64,000 nucleotides of DNA, from the NCBI GenBank assembly GCA_009914755.4, contig CP068257.2, positions 36,000,001 to 36,064,000 of the forward strand, written 5' to 3'. The notes below the pieces were generated by a model. That model saw nothing but the letters and a program-made list of their open reading frames with translations. It was not told the DNA's origin and did not search any database. Shown one piece after another: positions 1-13,775 of the stretch. The position numbers were made by a program, and so were the translations under genes. Positions within the stretch are counted from its first letter, which is position 1; every line of letters begins with the position of its first letter. Origin of the DNA: the human T2T-CHM13v2.0 reference genome, Homo sapiens.

Positions 1-2489
1 TTCTGCCATTGGCCCGATGACTGAGTCTGTGCCCACGGCATCGTGATACCAAAACGTGAGACTTCCTAGAGAAAAGAGAATTAGATATGTCATGAAAAAG
101 AAAAGCACTGAGATCATCACCATGAGAAAATCAGAACTTTTGGGGATTTCCTTACCCTGACTCCATTTATTTTACTTGGACTTTCACATGGGAGGGCACC
201 CCTGTGCTTAGCAGATGCTAAAGGTCTTAATTTAGTCATCATTCCTGACCCAGGGAGGTGCTCTGTGGGGTCAAGGGTGTGGGGCAAGTTAAGCTTGAAA
301 GATACAGGGTCCCCCGGAAGATACTTCTAGGGGGTCATTGTCCAGATGGGCAAGAGCCAGACCCTGCAGGGAGAAGCTCCCCTAGAGAGACCTCAGTGGG
401 TGGGCATGGCTGAGGATTTTGTTCTGCCCAAGTCTGAGCTACGGGAGGGTATTTCTCATACCCATGCCCACAGTCAGCAATGCTGAGAGATGATGTCAGG
501 GCGATGCCCATGATGGCCGGATCTGAGGACAGTGCTCCTTCCCCTCTTCTAAGAAGACTGGCTGAAGACCCAGAGGTTTGGGTAATGCACGGCTGACCGA
601 AACTCTGATCTCTGCACTCCAGTTGATCGAGTTCTACTAGTTGTGTTTAGTGATAAGACCCAAGACTGACATACTCCATAAGGCATTCAGCCTGGACTAG
701 GCTCTTTGTAGCCAAAAGTCTGCTCCTAGGCTCCTGGAAGACCTTGCCCTTTTGCTTGAATGTTTTGTGATTTCTATCAGAGTTTTAGAAACGATGATGA
801 TTACATGTTTATTTCACTAGTGCTTGTTGGTAGCAGATATTTACATTGCCTGAGAAAAACAGCCCTTCATATTCTTATAAAGATTGGCTTAGTTGATATC
901 ACAGTATTGATGATCGGTGTTAAAACAATGGGCACTGAGCCTTAATCTTGAAATGGGCAATTACACAAAGTCGGTAGGAACATTTCATTCTCTGAAATCA
1001 AGATCTGTTTACTATGTGGCCACAATTCTCCGGCCAACCACAGTGCATGTTGGGATTTGCGTCTAGGGGGTATAGTGTCTAAAAATAACTCTATAAATAC
1101 CGTTTTCATCAGTGATAAATCTAATCTCCATCACTTAATCATGTTGACCACCCCAGTGAAATATTTTTGTGTGCCTTTAAAGTATTTTGCCTTCCTTTTC
1201 CTAGGACTCTCTTATTGAATTAGGTGGATACATGAAGCTTTCTTTTACCAAGGCAATGAGGCCAAGTAAAAGTTTGACTCCTTTTACATTTATTTAAGTT
1301 TTATGGTGTTGAACTTTGAGATTTGTTTCCTCCCACTTAGTTGTTTCCTCCCACTCTTCCATGCAGTTGAAGGGTCACAAGCTTTTTCCATGATCTATAT
1401 TGTAGATACCATTACCTACTTAGTTTCAGACGCAGGATCAAATCCATCCTTTATCTGTCGACAATATAACAACATCACAATGATTTGTTACATTGTTACT
1501 TTTTTTTCTTTCTCATCTGATTTCCAGGAAAGCACTCATAAGAGAACTTGATATGTTTTTCCATAGAACTAAAAAGATAAGGAACCTAGCTTGGCTGACT
1601 ACCTCTGGCATTAGAAATGCTTCCTTAGAAGACAAGGGAGTTCAGCTTAGTGACACAAAGAATGCCATTTAATATTGACTCATCTAAAAACCCCAAGGTC
1701 TGGACTTTTTCCATCCATTATGTCTGTAATTACCAATCTTTGTCTTTGCTTCAGACTCAGAAAGCGCAAGAAATCCAACAACCCTTTACTATACTTCCGT
1801 GTCTCCCTGAGCTCTTTTCAAAGGACCTTTTGGTTTTCCATAAGAAGCATTTAGTTCTTTAATTACACATTAAACTTCTAGCTTAGTGGCTAGAGAGAGC
1901 AAAAACTAGCGCAATTAAACATGAGCTAGTTCCAGGTTCACGTTCATCACCTTGATCAGTTGTAAACTGTAGGCTAGAGAAAACTAGCAAGAAAACAGAG
2001 GGAGACATCTGGGCCACCTATTTAACTCTCCTCCAAGAGAGCCTAAGAGAGAAGCCATGTGGAGGAGCGAGGCGGGTTTGATGTGTGGCAACCACTGCAG
2101 GTCTGGGCTGCTTTGCTGAGCAGAGACTGGCAGCCTGAGCTATGTACATCATCCAACGCCTGAGGGTGCCACTGAAGCAATATTTCAGCGGCTGGGCTGG
2201 GAATGCCCATTTCTCTGTAGTTCATTAAGGAGTAATTTTACTGTATCCACTTTCTGAGTTGACCGCTAGATCCTGGCTGGCTGTTGACTCTATTTGCCAC
2301 TCTGGAGGAATGGCATGAAAAGGAAGGATTCTTCCTTTGAGACCCTAACTGAATGACTGGGCTCTCTAAGTCTTGTGAAGCAGTTGTCTCTTTGACAACC
2401 GAAAAAAAAGAGTTATGTTATTTTGAACAGACTTATGAGTGACTTCAATAATTTATGCTAGAAAAAAAGTCATTCTTCTATATTGCCTA

Positions 2490-2610
2490 GGACTCTCTTA
2501 AGAGTACAGTACAATATTTCATAGTACTTAGTACTCTTACATACTATTATTAATAGTACTATTACTAGTACTTAATAGTACCAATAGTACTTAACAGTAC
2601 AGTACAGGGG
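2490..2610. repeat. Cryptic imperfect tandem repeat built from AGTACT/AGTAC units.
   Basis: The tract reads agtacagtacaat...agtacttagtactc...agtactattactagtacttaatagtaccaatagtacttaacagtacagtacagg. Confidence 0.6.
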
Positions 2611-2945
2611 TCAGCAAACTTTTTTTATACAGGGCCAGATAGTAAATATTTCAATCTTTGCTGGCCACACGGTCTCTGTTGTAATTACTCAGCTCTGTGA
2701 GTGCATGTGGAAGCAGCCATAGGCAATACACAGACAAATGGCTGTGGCTGTGTTCCAATAAAACTTTGTTTGTGGACATTGAAATTTGAATTTAGGATGA
2801 TTTTCACATGTCTCAAAATATTCTTCTTTTCTTTTTTTTCCCCCAATTATTAAAAAATGTAAAAATTGCTCTTAGCTCACAAGTGGTACAATAACAGGCA
2901 GCAGGCCAGATTTTTTTTTTTTTTAGCAGATTTGGTTTGCTGAAA
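2606..2945. mobile_element. Non-autonomous DNA transposon remnant (hAT-like MER-type MITE).
   Basis: The 5' end caggggtcagcaaacttttt..., the internal block ggccagatagtaaatatt...gttccaataaaactttgtttgtgg, and a degenerate 3' end ...gatttggtttgctgaaatttttt match a recalled MER-family MITE consensus with terminal inverted repeats. Confidence 0.5.
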
Positions 2946-3039
2946 TTTTTTGTAGTAAAAATAGCCCACAGCTTAGGGCCCTGTGACCTGGATTTGAGAC
3001 AAGGAGCTATGATTCACTGGCCTTTAAACTTGGCCAATT

Positions 3040-3185
3040 TGCCCAAACCCTAGTTTTCCCTCTATAAAATGTAAATTATAATACTCAACCTCTCATGGTG
3101 AATTAGAATGAAATAAGATAATTTGTACAAGTGCTCTTAATGCTCTCAAACACCACACCATGTTGGGTAAAATATTGTTGGGTTA
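3040..3185 (+). mobile_element. MIR (ancient SINE) fragment.
   Basis: ...ccctctataaaatg...aacctctcatggtgaattagaatgaaataagataatttgtacaagtgctcttaatgctct resembles the MIR core (cctcatctgtaaaatgggg...attaaatgagataatgcatgtaaagcgcttag...). Confidence 0.5.
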
Positions 3186-5970
3186 TTATTATATATTCTG
3201 TGATTTATCAAAATCTCTTAGCAGCCTTCTGACAGAATTTTGACTTCTAGATGACACTCTGCATCTAAAGCACTCAAGACATTAAAGGCAGAAATATTAG
3301 GAAGAGGCGTGCTTTACTCAATTTTAAATTAAAGGCTAACATTTTCTTAGATACCGGTTGGCCATAAAGTTCAGAAACAAGATAATGTTATTTTAGTGTA
3401 TTGTAAAGTAATATCAATGAATCATCTATTATGTATATGTTACCTATGTTTTTCAATGTTAAAGCCATCCATTGAAAGGAAATCATCCTTGAAGATAATG
3501 TTTACAATATATAGAGGACACTGAACTTTCAACTACCTTCCTGACATTTTTAAATCATACAGAGTATCACCCAAGTCAAGGAAAGAAAGACTGAAGAGTA
3601 GCCAGACTATTAGCAAACTGTTTTGGAAATGATTTACTATGAGTATTTTAATTGTATTCTCTCAGCAAATCAAATGATTTCCCATTCTTCTGGTGAGTTC
3701 AGGTAGTTTTCTAATAGCATTCTTATGCCCCCTTTCTCTGTCCACCAGTTCCCACCTTTGTAAGCAGTTTCTAAATATCCCAAAGACACTGGCTTAAATC
3801 TAAATAAAAAAGCAAAGGGGAAAAAAGTAAGAAAACTGAAATGTAAGAAAATGTAGGGATGGAAAGCATAAGAATGTTGCTCTGGAGAATTCAAAATTTA
3901 GACTATTAAATGAAGTCATGAATAATTTTTAAATTGGAGTGCAGTGAAAAATAGACATTTCAGAGCCCTAGCTTGGTTAGACCTGCAAGAGAAAATTGTG
4001 CTTAAGAAATAGGTTGACATTTGCAGCTGGATTTCTGTTAGGGAACATAAGGTACTGAACTAAAACAATAGAATTGGAACTGGAGAACCAGGGAAACAGC
4101 AAAGGATGGGGATAGATGGAAGAACGGAGTGGGGGAAGAGAGAGTTCTGCCTCATGGACATAGAGGGGATATATGCTGGAACAACCAGGCTGGAAGGCCA
4201 TGTTTGAAGGAACAGAAAAGTTGACATTTGCTATGTTAATGTAAAAGAGTATAGCTTACCCAGGGGACAGCTAAAACAGAAATGATTTTATTGGTTCCAT
4301 AAAGTTGATTTATAAATGAATGGGTGCTCTTCCAGTTGGAGAGCACGTTGGGGTGGGTGGAGGTGAGAATCCGAGGAACTCAGCAGCCTTGTGGTGGGGG
4401 GTCATGCTTGCAGCTGAACCTGCCCTTCCATCCAGGAGCACTTTGTTCTGTCAAATTGGGGTCAACTGTGGCAAACCATAACCCTTAAATTCCAAATTCT
4501 TATCTGGCTCACGGATCCCACCATGCTTTATGGAAAAATGACTCAAATACATTAACCAAACAGACCAAAGGATCTAGTTGAGAGTGATCTTCATTAGTTA
4601 TGGATACTGTTGTATTAAAAGAGACTTTTAAAAAATTCTCATTGCACTTGGTTTGCTAATGGAGTGACTGAGGGAATGAGGACTGGATATTGCGGAATAG
4701 AATGAGTGGAAATTGTGGGGTCAATTTTGTTGAGCTGTCTTAATGGAAAACACCATTCACTCACTACTCGCTGCTTAGAAAATCAGTCTCAATGAACTTT
4801 CAGTTCCAAATTTTAACAGTTGACACAAAATACACTGTTAAACTGTGTTAACAACTGTAGAAAAATAGACATGTTTGATAGGGACATTCTAGTAAAAGGT
4901 TCTTCAGGAGCATCCCCATGTAAAGATTCAGAGGCTCACATTACAAAAACGAGATTTGGTTCAAGTTCTGTCTCCAACTACATTGACAACAAAGACAGTG
5001 AGAAACAGGGAGAGACCTCACATCTGGGTGCCCGTCACAGACACAGAACTGACAGGTGCACGTGGCCAACGTGTTGTCAAGGCTCTTCGTTCAGTTGTGC
5101 TAAAGGGCAGGCAAGCAGGGATGAGGCCCTGAGCTGCTTGCTCTTCCAACCAGACACGGGGGTGTGCGCTGTCCTTTAAACCTTAGCAATGGAATTAAAA
5201 AGGCCCAGTGAGTCTTCAAGAGCTAAATTAGAAGACATTTTGCCGCCCCTATTCCATCTTGTTTTGTGCCTGCCATGGCCTGCCCTGCGACCCTGGCAAG
5301 GTTGCAGGGGAGCTCCCCAAGCCAAGAGTGCCCTTCATTAGGCTGCAGAGAGGTCAAGCCATGGCTCCTCCCCGCAGCCTCAAGGGGAGTGTATCGAGCT
5401 TCCTCCTCCCGGACCACCACCTCCTTCTTAGAGTGTGCGAAATAAAGAAATGATTCAACAGAGATTCAATGCAAAAAAGGAAATGCTGGCAAACAGGAAA
5501 GGGCTATAGCCAACAGTTTTGTTTTCCTTAAAGTCAGTGCCAAGAGGCAGTTGTCCTGATCCAAGGTCTCTGAGATGGGAGAAGAGAGGCCCCGAGGTTA
5601 TATTTAGGAGCCACTTTCCTTATCCTGGGACTTCTTTTTTAGTAGACAAGGTCCCCAGACTACACCAAAGGCCTGTGCGATCAGGTCAGGGAAGGCAAGG
5701 GAAACAAAGAGGGACAGCTAGTTTGATCTCTTTGACCTCCATGGTGCAGAGCCTCAAACTGAGCACAGCTGTAGGAGCTGAAAATAAACTTGGATCCATT
5801 CAATGAATATTTATGATGGGCAACTGTGTTAAAGAACAAACAGCTTATAAATGCAAAGTGAATGTGAAAGATCTGTAACAGTGCAAAATCTCCACCTGCC
5901 CCGGAGGTTTGATCTAAGATTTGTTTCCTTATTTTTTTCATTTTAAAATTCAGATTTCCAGTACAAATAC

Positions 5971-6017
5971 CCTTCCTTCCTTCCTTCCTTCCTCCCTCCC
6001 TTCCTCCCTTCTTTCCT
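5971..6017. repeat. (TTCC)n / (TCCC)n microsatellite.
   Basis: The tract reads ccttccttccttccttccttcctccctcccttcctcccttctttcc. Confidence 0.9.
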
Positions 6018-6899
6018 TTTTGCAGATTAAAGTGAATTAAGGCTGGAATTTTTTTATTTGTTTTCTTTTGATTGACAGACACTGGATTTGATTTCTAGCC
6101 TGTGGCATACTCTAGAGACATTTCTTAGACAATCATCAAGATTGTTGATCTAATCTTTGAATACTGAACTCTGGTCATTTCAAAATAATAAAAGATCACA
6201 ATGCAAGAAATGCTGATGGATAAGCCCCAGGGACAGGCGAGATGTCATTCTCAGAAAGCCAGATAGAGTCAAAGTGAGAGGTCGATGATTATAATGCATG
6301 CCACTCACTACATGCCTTTGTGAATTTCACGGCTTTAGACCCAAACCATCTTCTGCTAACTTACCATGTCTCATTGTAAGAGTGTAGAGAAACTACAGCT
6401 GGAGAATCAATGGTTTTGCAGAAAAGTTTCCTAAATTATTGTACTACAAAGGGCAAGAGCTCATGTGAAAAGTAAAAACATACCTTTGGTGACAGGCTAG
6501 AGAATATTTCCTTCCTGGTATTCCCCCTCCTCCAGGCCAGTTAGTGAGGCCCTTGTTATCTTTTAAAAAAAGACATCTGTTTTGTAACATTTCACAGTAT
6601 ATCAGCATATTGGTGGTGGGTTTTGCCATCTACCAGACCTCTCAATTTCCCCCAGACCTATGGCTTGTTGGATTCAATGAAAGGATCCGTGTGGGAACAG
6701 TGAGGTACCCTAACGTCTGCCAGTCTGAGACACAAACAAAGGCCATGCACTGAAGGGCCAGCCGTCAACTGGATCAAAATAACCTGGAAAACACAGACAT
6801 CAAAACAGAAATGCCTACTGCATGTTAGGAATCTTTCTTTCTTTCTTTTTTTTTTTGCTTCTTATTTCTAAAGTTATATATCTAAACCTACATTAATGA

Positions 6900-7528
6900 T
6901 ACATCTATGTACAGTATTTAGCAGTTCTGTTCTATGGTACTTTTGTACATGCTGGGTTTTATTACTAATTACAAAAAGAAAATAATTACATAAGGCATAT
7001 ATATGTACAGTGGTTTGTCTTCAGCTCACCTGGGCCCTGTAACTGCCACACCCACATGGGGGCAAGCACCTCACCCTGTAGTAGATGAAATGAATTGGGA
7101 TCCATAAAACTGAGGGCTCCACTCTGTGTCTCACTGAATGAATAAATAGGCACCAGAAACCTTGCTTGTCATATCCCAGGTAAAATCTTTGACACACCTT
7201 TTTGAGTGATCTGGTATTGTACAACACATGCAGGTAAGTAACTGAAATCTCCAGGAGTTGGATGTGTAGTATTTTGGGAGGAGACCAGGCTTGGGCCACA
7301 AATGAGGGCACTTTGCACTTTCATCAAATCCATGTCTACCTTGTCAATCTGAATAACTGAGAGAGGGCAGGTAGATATTTTACACCTTGAAGATTTGTTT
7401 TCTGGTCATGTAAAAATTAAATATAAACAAATAAAGAACAAAGCAAGAGAGACAGAAAAAGAAAGAGAATGAGAGACAAGGAAAGATTGTGTTGGGGGGA
7501 GAAGAGAAGGGTTTGCCCAGCTAGGGCA
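6900..7528 (-). other. KCNJ6: 3' untranslated region following the KCNJ6-like stop codon. It may continue well beyond coordinate 1 if the long KCNJ6 3'UTR applies.
   Basis: The sequence lies directly downstream of the stop codon on the minus strand. An AATAAA is present on the minus strand at 6963-6958. A very long 3'UTR for KCNJ6 is recalled but not verified. Confidence 0.4.
6958..6963 (-). terminator. Candidate poly(A) signal AATAAA, the first one downstream of the stop codon on the minus strand.
   Basis: Plus-strand TTTATT at 6958-6963 reads as AATAAA on the minus strand. AT-rich context means chance occurrences are frequent. Confidence 0.2.
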
Positions 7529-7915
<387 letters not shown>

Positions 7916-8452
7916 TCACAGAGAGCCAGGAGGAGTACTGCATGCAGCTGTTGAGACTGACCTGCATACGATGCCACACTTAGTAGGTGTCATTCATGTT
8001 GTAGACACATGCTAATGTGCCATGGAGATTCCAGGCCTCTTAAGGGAGTCCTGGGGAACAATGAGAGAGTCCTGGCCCACATCAAGCCACATTTGCCTGC
8101 ATGGCCATGCACATGCAAAGGAAATCAAGTGTGCAAATGCACACAAGTTTTCGCATGTGCATGGCTATGTCTGGTCCACTCTGCTCTGGGAGAACCCTGA
8201 AGCCATGACTCTGGCCTCCTACTGCTCTTGGAGGTTTAGCCTGGGTTCTAATGGGATTTGAGCTCTTTGGCCACAGACTTAGAATGAAATTTCATATATG
8301 GAACTACACTTAGGCTGCTTTTAAGCTAGAGGCCACAGATCAGTGTTACCCTCCCACCTGCCATTAACACACAGGCCATGACTGTGGCTCCAGATGCAGT
8401 TGGAAGGGTCACCCACCTGAATTTGCACTTTACTTAGGCCCAGTGGTCATAG

Positions 8453-8803
<351 letters not shown>

Positions 8804-10319
8804 ACTTTTCCCTTTTCTTAAAGATAAGAAGCCTTTTTGTAATTTGCATAAAAGCACCACGTGAGCTACCAGCAGCCCTGGAGTCAGGAAGTAGCTTTCT
8901 CTTAAATATGAAATGGCAGAATGAGGAAAAGTCCAGCCACCTCCTTGGAAAATAAAAATAGGCAACAAGTGTGGCATAAGATATGAGAAATGACACGTGT
9001 GGTTTTTTAAAATTTTTTTCTGAGGTCAAAGAAATCTTTTATACAAATTCTCAGGAAATGAAAACATTCATTCAGTCATTAATCCAGGGCTGACTTCTCC
9101 ATTAGGCAAAAAGGCGTGGTGTCTATGGCCCATGATACTTTTAGAGGCCCGTGAAAATGTTTTAACTCTTTTAAAATCAGAAAAAGATAAACTTTTAGAT
9201 GGAATGGTAATATATTTATCTTTATGCCAACACAGTTGTAAAATATAACTTAAAACATTTTTTTAATGGGGCAAGGGGCTTACAAAGGCAAGCTCACCAG
9301 GGACTCATGAATATAATACTGTGGCCCTGTGTCCATTCAGGAGAGCAGCCAGCCAGCCAGTCAGTATGTCATCTGTTAGGACCACCAATAAGTATTACGC
9401 AGCTGCTTTGTGCTGAATGCAGGTGGATTAGGGAGAAGAGAATACCTGTGAATGTTTACACAGAAGGATCCAGAGCTACACAACATTCCTGCAGCACTGC
9501 ATTTGCTCCTTGTGTCTAGAAGAAGAAACTGGGGTGCCAGGGACCTATGTGGTTGACTCAGCTACAGCTGTCAGAGCCTGAGCCAGCACCAGCCCTCACG
9601 CCAGCTCTGTGCTCTTCCTCTTAATCTCAAAACCGAAATGTGACCCTTTTTCAATGTTTCCCTGAATGACCCACAGAAGCCCCGCCTTTATGCCTCTAAA
9701 ACAAACATTGCAGGGCTTTTAGGTATTAGGAAAAAAAAGGTCAACACTGATTTGATTTTACTTCTCAAACAACGTTTCTCTTCTGAATTATTTTCTTTAT
9801 CTGTGCTTGAGGGTGGGGTGAAGACAGGTGATGGCAGTGATATGTGGGCTCAGAATGAGAAACAAACAGGAAGTCAAGAGGAAAAGGTGATCCAATAACT
9901 CTTTTTCCACCAAGGAAGTACATGTTTATGGTAAAGTGGCTAGAAAATAGGGCTGTGATAACAGTTGGGGAAAATAGCAAGCTAATCAAAGAACAAAAAG
10001 AAATTCTGGGGAAAGAGGTTCACAGGGAGCTTTGGAAAGCTCTGACATATTCCTGAGAAACTAGAAGACCACATGCATGTGTAAGGCTGTGCACATGCCC
10101 AAGAAAAACCAGAGAAGGCCCTGAGCTCTCACTTCTGGTTGACACCGAGTCTCTGTGCAAGTAGGAGGTGAAGGTTAATGCAGTTGTAAAGTGCCTGACT
10201 GAATGTTGAAGGCACGTCCCACCATGTGCATAGAGACCCTTGACAAAGACTGGGAGATTTTTGGTTACTGGCTCTTAAGAGAATCTGTCTAATTATTAGC
10301 TGATCACTAAATTAACTGA

Positions 10320-11610
10320 GCAGAGACTTTAGTGGCCATATACACAAAAAGTACAGACCTTACAAAATTAGCTCAGGAAAGTTACTAAAAAACAAATAGC
10401 AATGGCAACAAAAAACTCTGAAAAGGAGGGAGAATCTGATTTTCAGGGTTACTACATTATATTACTTAAAATGCCTGTTTTCAACAAAAATTTATGACAC
10501 ATGCAAAGAAATAAGAAAGTATGTCCCATACACAGGAAGGCAAGCAGTCAATAGAAACTGTCCTTGAGGAAGCCTAGGCATTGGATTCACTAGAGAAAGA
10601 CTTTAAATCAGCTATTTGAAATATGTTCAAAGAACTAAAAGAAGCCATGTCTAAAGAACAAAAGGAAATTAGGGAAACACTGTTTCCCCAAATAAAGAAT
10701 ATCAATAATAAAAATAAGTTACATGTAAAATCCCAACATAAATTCTGAAGTAAAAAGTATAATAAATGAAAGAAAAGAATTACTACAGGAACTTAACAGA
10801 TTTGAGCTGGCAGAAGAGAATCAGTGAGCCTGAATATAGGTCAGTTGAAATTATTGAGGTATAGAAAGAAAAAAGAATGGAGAAAAATGAACAGTGCCTC
10901 AGAGACCTGTGGGACAGAGCAAGCATACCAACGTACGCATAATAGGAGCTCCAGAAGGAGAGTATAAAGAGAAAATAGCAGAAGGATTATGTGAAGACGT
11001 AATGACTGGAAAGTCTTTAGTTCAATGAAAACCATTAATCTATACATCTAAAAAACTTAACAAACCACAAGTAAGGTGAACCCAAAGAGATTCACACTGA
11101 GACACATCATAATCAAACTGTTGAAACATGACGATGAAGGTAGAATCTTGAAGGCAGCAAAAGATAAACAACTCATTACATGCAAGTGATTTTCAATGAT
11201 ATTAATAGCTTATTCCTCATTAGAAACCATGGAAGCCAGAAGGCCATGAGAAGACATTATTAAAAGCACTGAAAGAAAAAGACTGGCAACCAAGATTCCA
11301 TATCCAGCAAAATTATCCTTCACAAATGAAGGAGAAATGAAGCCATTCCATGAACAAAAATGGAGAGACTTTGTTGCTAGCAGACTTGTACTCCAAGAAA
11401 TAATAAACGGAGTCCTTCAGACTAAAATAAAAAGACACTAGATAGTAACTCAGATGAGAACAGGTGTGTTCAGGGTGGTATGGCCATAGACTAGACCGTA
11501 ACTCAAATCCACATGAAGAAATAAAGAACACTGGAAAAAGTAACTACATAGGTAAATATAAATGTTTTTCTCCAGCATGATTTTAAGGTTATTCCATTTT
11601 ATGGCAATTA
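10320..11610 (+). mobile_element. Ancient L1 LINE fragment (ORF1 region and inter-ORF).
   Basis: Conceptual translation matches L1 ORF1 (…NEQCLRDLWDRASIPTYA-like, IIKLLKHDDEGRILKAAKDKQLITCK, ISSKIILHK*RRNEAIP). The family looks older than L1PA. Confidence 0.75.
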
Positions 11611-11739
11611 TACTATTCCATTATATGAATATATCATGGTTTTATTTAATCAATAAAACAAAGTGATCCAAAATATGTGGTGGGTCTGTTTGTTGGGGGA
11701 AATATTAATAATATTGGCTTGGTTTGTGTAGGTTGTCTT

Positions 11740-12135
11740 AAGTGTACTATTATGGGCTGAATTGTGCACCCCCACCCCCACATTCATATGCTGAAGTCCT
11801 AATCTCCGGTATTTCAGAATGTGACATGTTTGAGATGGGATCTTTAAAGAGTTAATCAAATTAAAATAAGGTCATACTGGTGGGCCCTAGTCCAATATAA
11901 TTGATGTCCTTATAAGAAGAGGAAATTAGGACACAGACACACACAGAGGAAAGATTATGTGAACAGAGGGAGGAGATGGCCATCTACAAGCCAAGGAGAG
12001 GGGTCTCAGAAGAACCAGCCCTGTTCACATTTTGTTCTCAGACATCTACCATCCAGCCTTGTGAGAAAATAAATTTCTGATGTTTAAGCCACTCAGTCTG
12101 TGGTACTTTGTTATGGCAGCAAACTCAATACACTT
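11740..12135 (+). mobile_element. Solo-LTR-like ancient interspersed repeat, probably ERVL/MaLR superfamily.
   Basis: gggctgaattgtgcacccccacccccacattcatatgctgaagtcctaat...gggtctcagaagaaccagccctgttcac...gtgagaaaataaatttctgatgtttaagccactcagtctgtggtactttgttatggcagc matches a familiar LTR consensus. The family name is uncertain. Confidence 0.5.
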
Positions 12136-12504
12136 ACTGACTTCTATAGGGAGAGGAAAATACCTTTCCGTAGTGCCATTTGAAGAGGAGTATTTAATTT
12201 ATGTAATAAGTAAGATTTAAGTAAATGCTCATGGATGCTTTTCCAATTTTTATTCATTTTTATATCAGAACTCATTTAAAAAAGGATAAAAAAGAATATT
12301 AATGTTTGCCTATCAGTAAAATATTAAAAAGTATTTCTGGGGTAAATTGATAATTTTCTTCAGAAAAATTCCTGTCTTACGTATTGACTTAGGTCCCAGT
12401 CCAGTCTTTAAAACTGTGATGTTTTACTGAATTTGGAAAAGTAGCAAAATAAAACCAACTGAGTTAGCCTCATAAGCAAGGCAGAACTGCCAAGATGACA
12501 TCTC

Positions 12505-12528
12505 TGTGTGTGTGTGTGTGTGTGTGTG
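12505..12528. repeat. (TG)n microsatellite.
   Basis: The tract reads ctgtgtgtgtgtgtgtgtgtgtgtgg. Confidence 0.95.
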
Positions 12529-12685
12529 GTGTTTATGTTCCATATCAGGGACATCATCATAAAGGCTCCCAGAACTAGGTTATTTTGTGAGTAAAGTACT
12601 TTCTGGAAAAAGAGATGCTTCATTTGGTGAAGAGCAAAACGTGGAAAACCTGATCTTGATCTCCTTTGAGCATGCAGTCATAGGT

Positions 12686-13005
12686 GTCTGTTTTTCTTAT
12701 TGTATTGTGAATGCCTTGAGGATCTATTTGTCTTGTTTATTTCCATATTCCTTAGCATTTGCACAGTGCTTCAATATTGGAGGTTCCCAATAAGTACTTG
12801 CTAAGTGAAAAGAGTGGACTTGGGGAACTATACAGAAACAGCTTAATATTGTTCGTTGGCCATGTCTGAATTTATTATTAAATAAAAAGATGGCTTGTGA
12901 GTCATTAGAAAAGAAAGTGGGAGATTTCTGCTTCCATCATCATGTCAGTCTGCATATGAAGGACCCTTAGCTAAGATATAACACAATGCTGGAAAATTAC
13001 AAAAT
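12686..13005 (+). repeat. Copy 1 of a local ~320-bp direct duplication.
   Basis: About 90% identical to 13448-13775. Shared strings include tgtgaatgcc(t/c)tgaggatctatt and ttcattggccatgtctgaa...aagaaagtgggagatt(t/a)ctgcttcca. Confidence 0.85.
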
Positions 13006-13055
13006 GTCTTACCTTTCGTTTTATGTATTTGACAAGTAAAAATTATACATATTGA

Positions 13056-13230
13056 TGGTGTACATGATATTTTGATATACGTGTATGTTGTGAAAAGGCT
13101 AAGTCTAGCTAATTAACATAGCCATTACCTCACACACTTATTTTTTTGTTGTGAGAACATTTAAAATCTACTCTTAGCAATTTTTGGGTATATAATGCAT
13201 TGTTGTTAATGGTAGTTGCCATTTGCATTT
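13056..13230 (-). mobile_element. Probable old L1 (L1PB/L1MA-like) extreme 3'-end fragment, antisense.
   Basis: gatggtgtacatgatattttgatatacgtgtatgttgtgaaaaggctaagtctagctaattaacatagccattacctcacac...gtgagaacatttaaaatctactcttagcaattttt resembles the reverse complement of the L1PB/MA 3' terminus. Confidence 0.45.
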
Positions 13231-13447
13231 CTATTTTTGTGACAGTGCTTGTCCTCTCCTTTATCTTGAATGCCCTTCCCATAGTAAAATGCTGCTCATC
13301 TTTCAAGAGCTAACTAATGTGTGGTCTCCTTTCCAAAGCACATTGTGACCAACCAGTCTCTTGCTGGAACTATCGAGTTCCAGGCCACCATAACACTTCA
13401 GTGACCTATCACAGCACTTATCAGAGTGTTTTACAGCAGTTATATGT

Positions 13448-13775
13448 GTCTGTTTTCCTTGCTGAATTGTGAATGCCCTGAGGATCTATTGGTCTTATTT
13501 CCATATTCCTTAGCATTTAGCACAGTGCTTCAACATTGGAGGTTCCCAGCAAGTACTTATGGTTAAGTGAAAAGAGTAGACTTAGAGAACCATACAGAAA
13601 CAGCTTAATATCGTTCATTGGCCATGTCTGAAATGTATTATTAATGTTAAATAAAAAGATTGCTTGTGAGTCATTAGAAAAGAAAGTGGGAGATTACTGC
13701 TTCCAGCGTCATGTCTGTCTGCAGATGAAGGACCCTCAGCTAAAATATAATACAATGCTGGAAAAGTACAAAATT
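13448..13775 (+). repeat. Copy 2 of the local ~320-bp direct duplication.
   Basis: Aligns along its length with 12686-13005. Confidence 0.85.

Noticed and set aside
8860-9030. Short ORFs flanking the Alu at 8.5-8.8 kb (85 and 91 aa, minus strand) that might look like a small gene pair.
   Set aside because: Both run through the Alu and its poly-A flank; they are Alu read-through artefacts.
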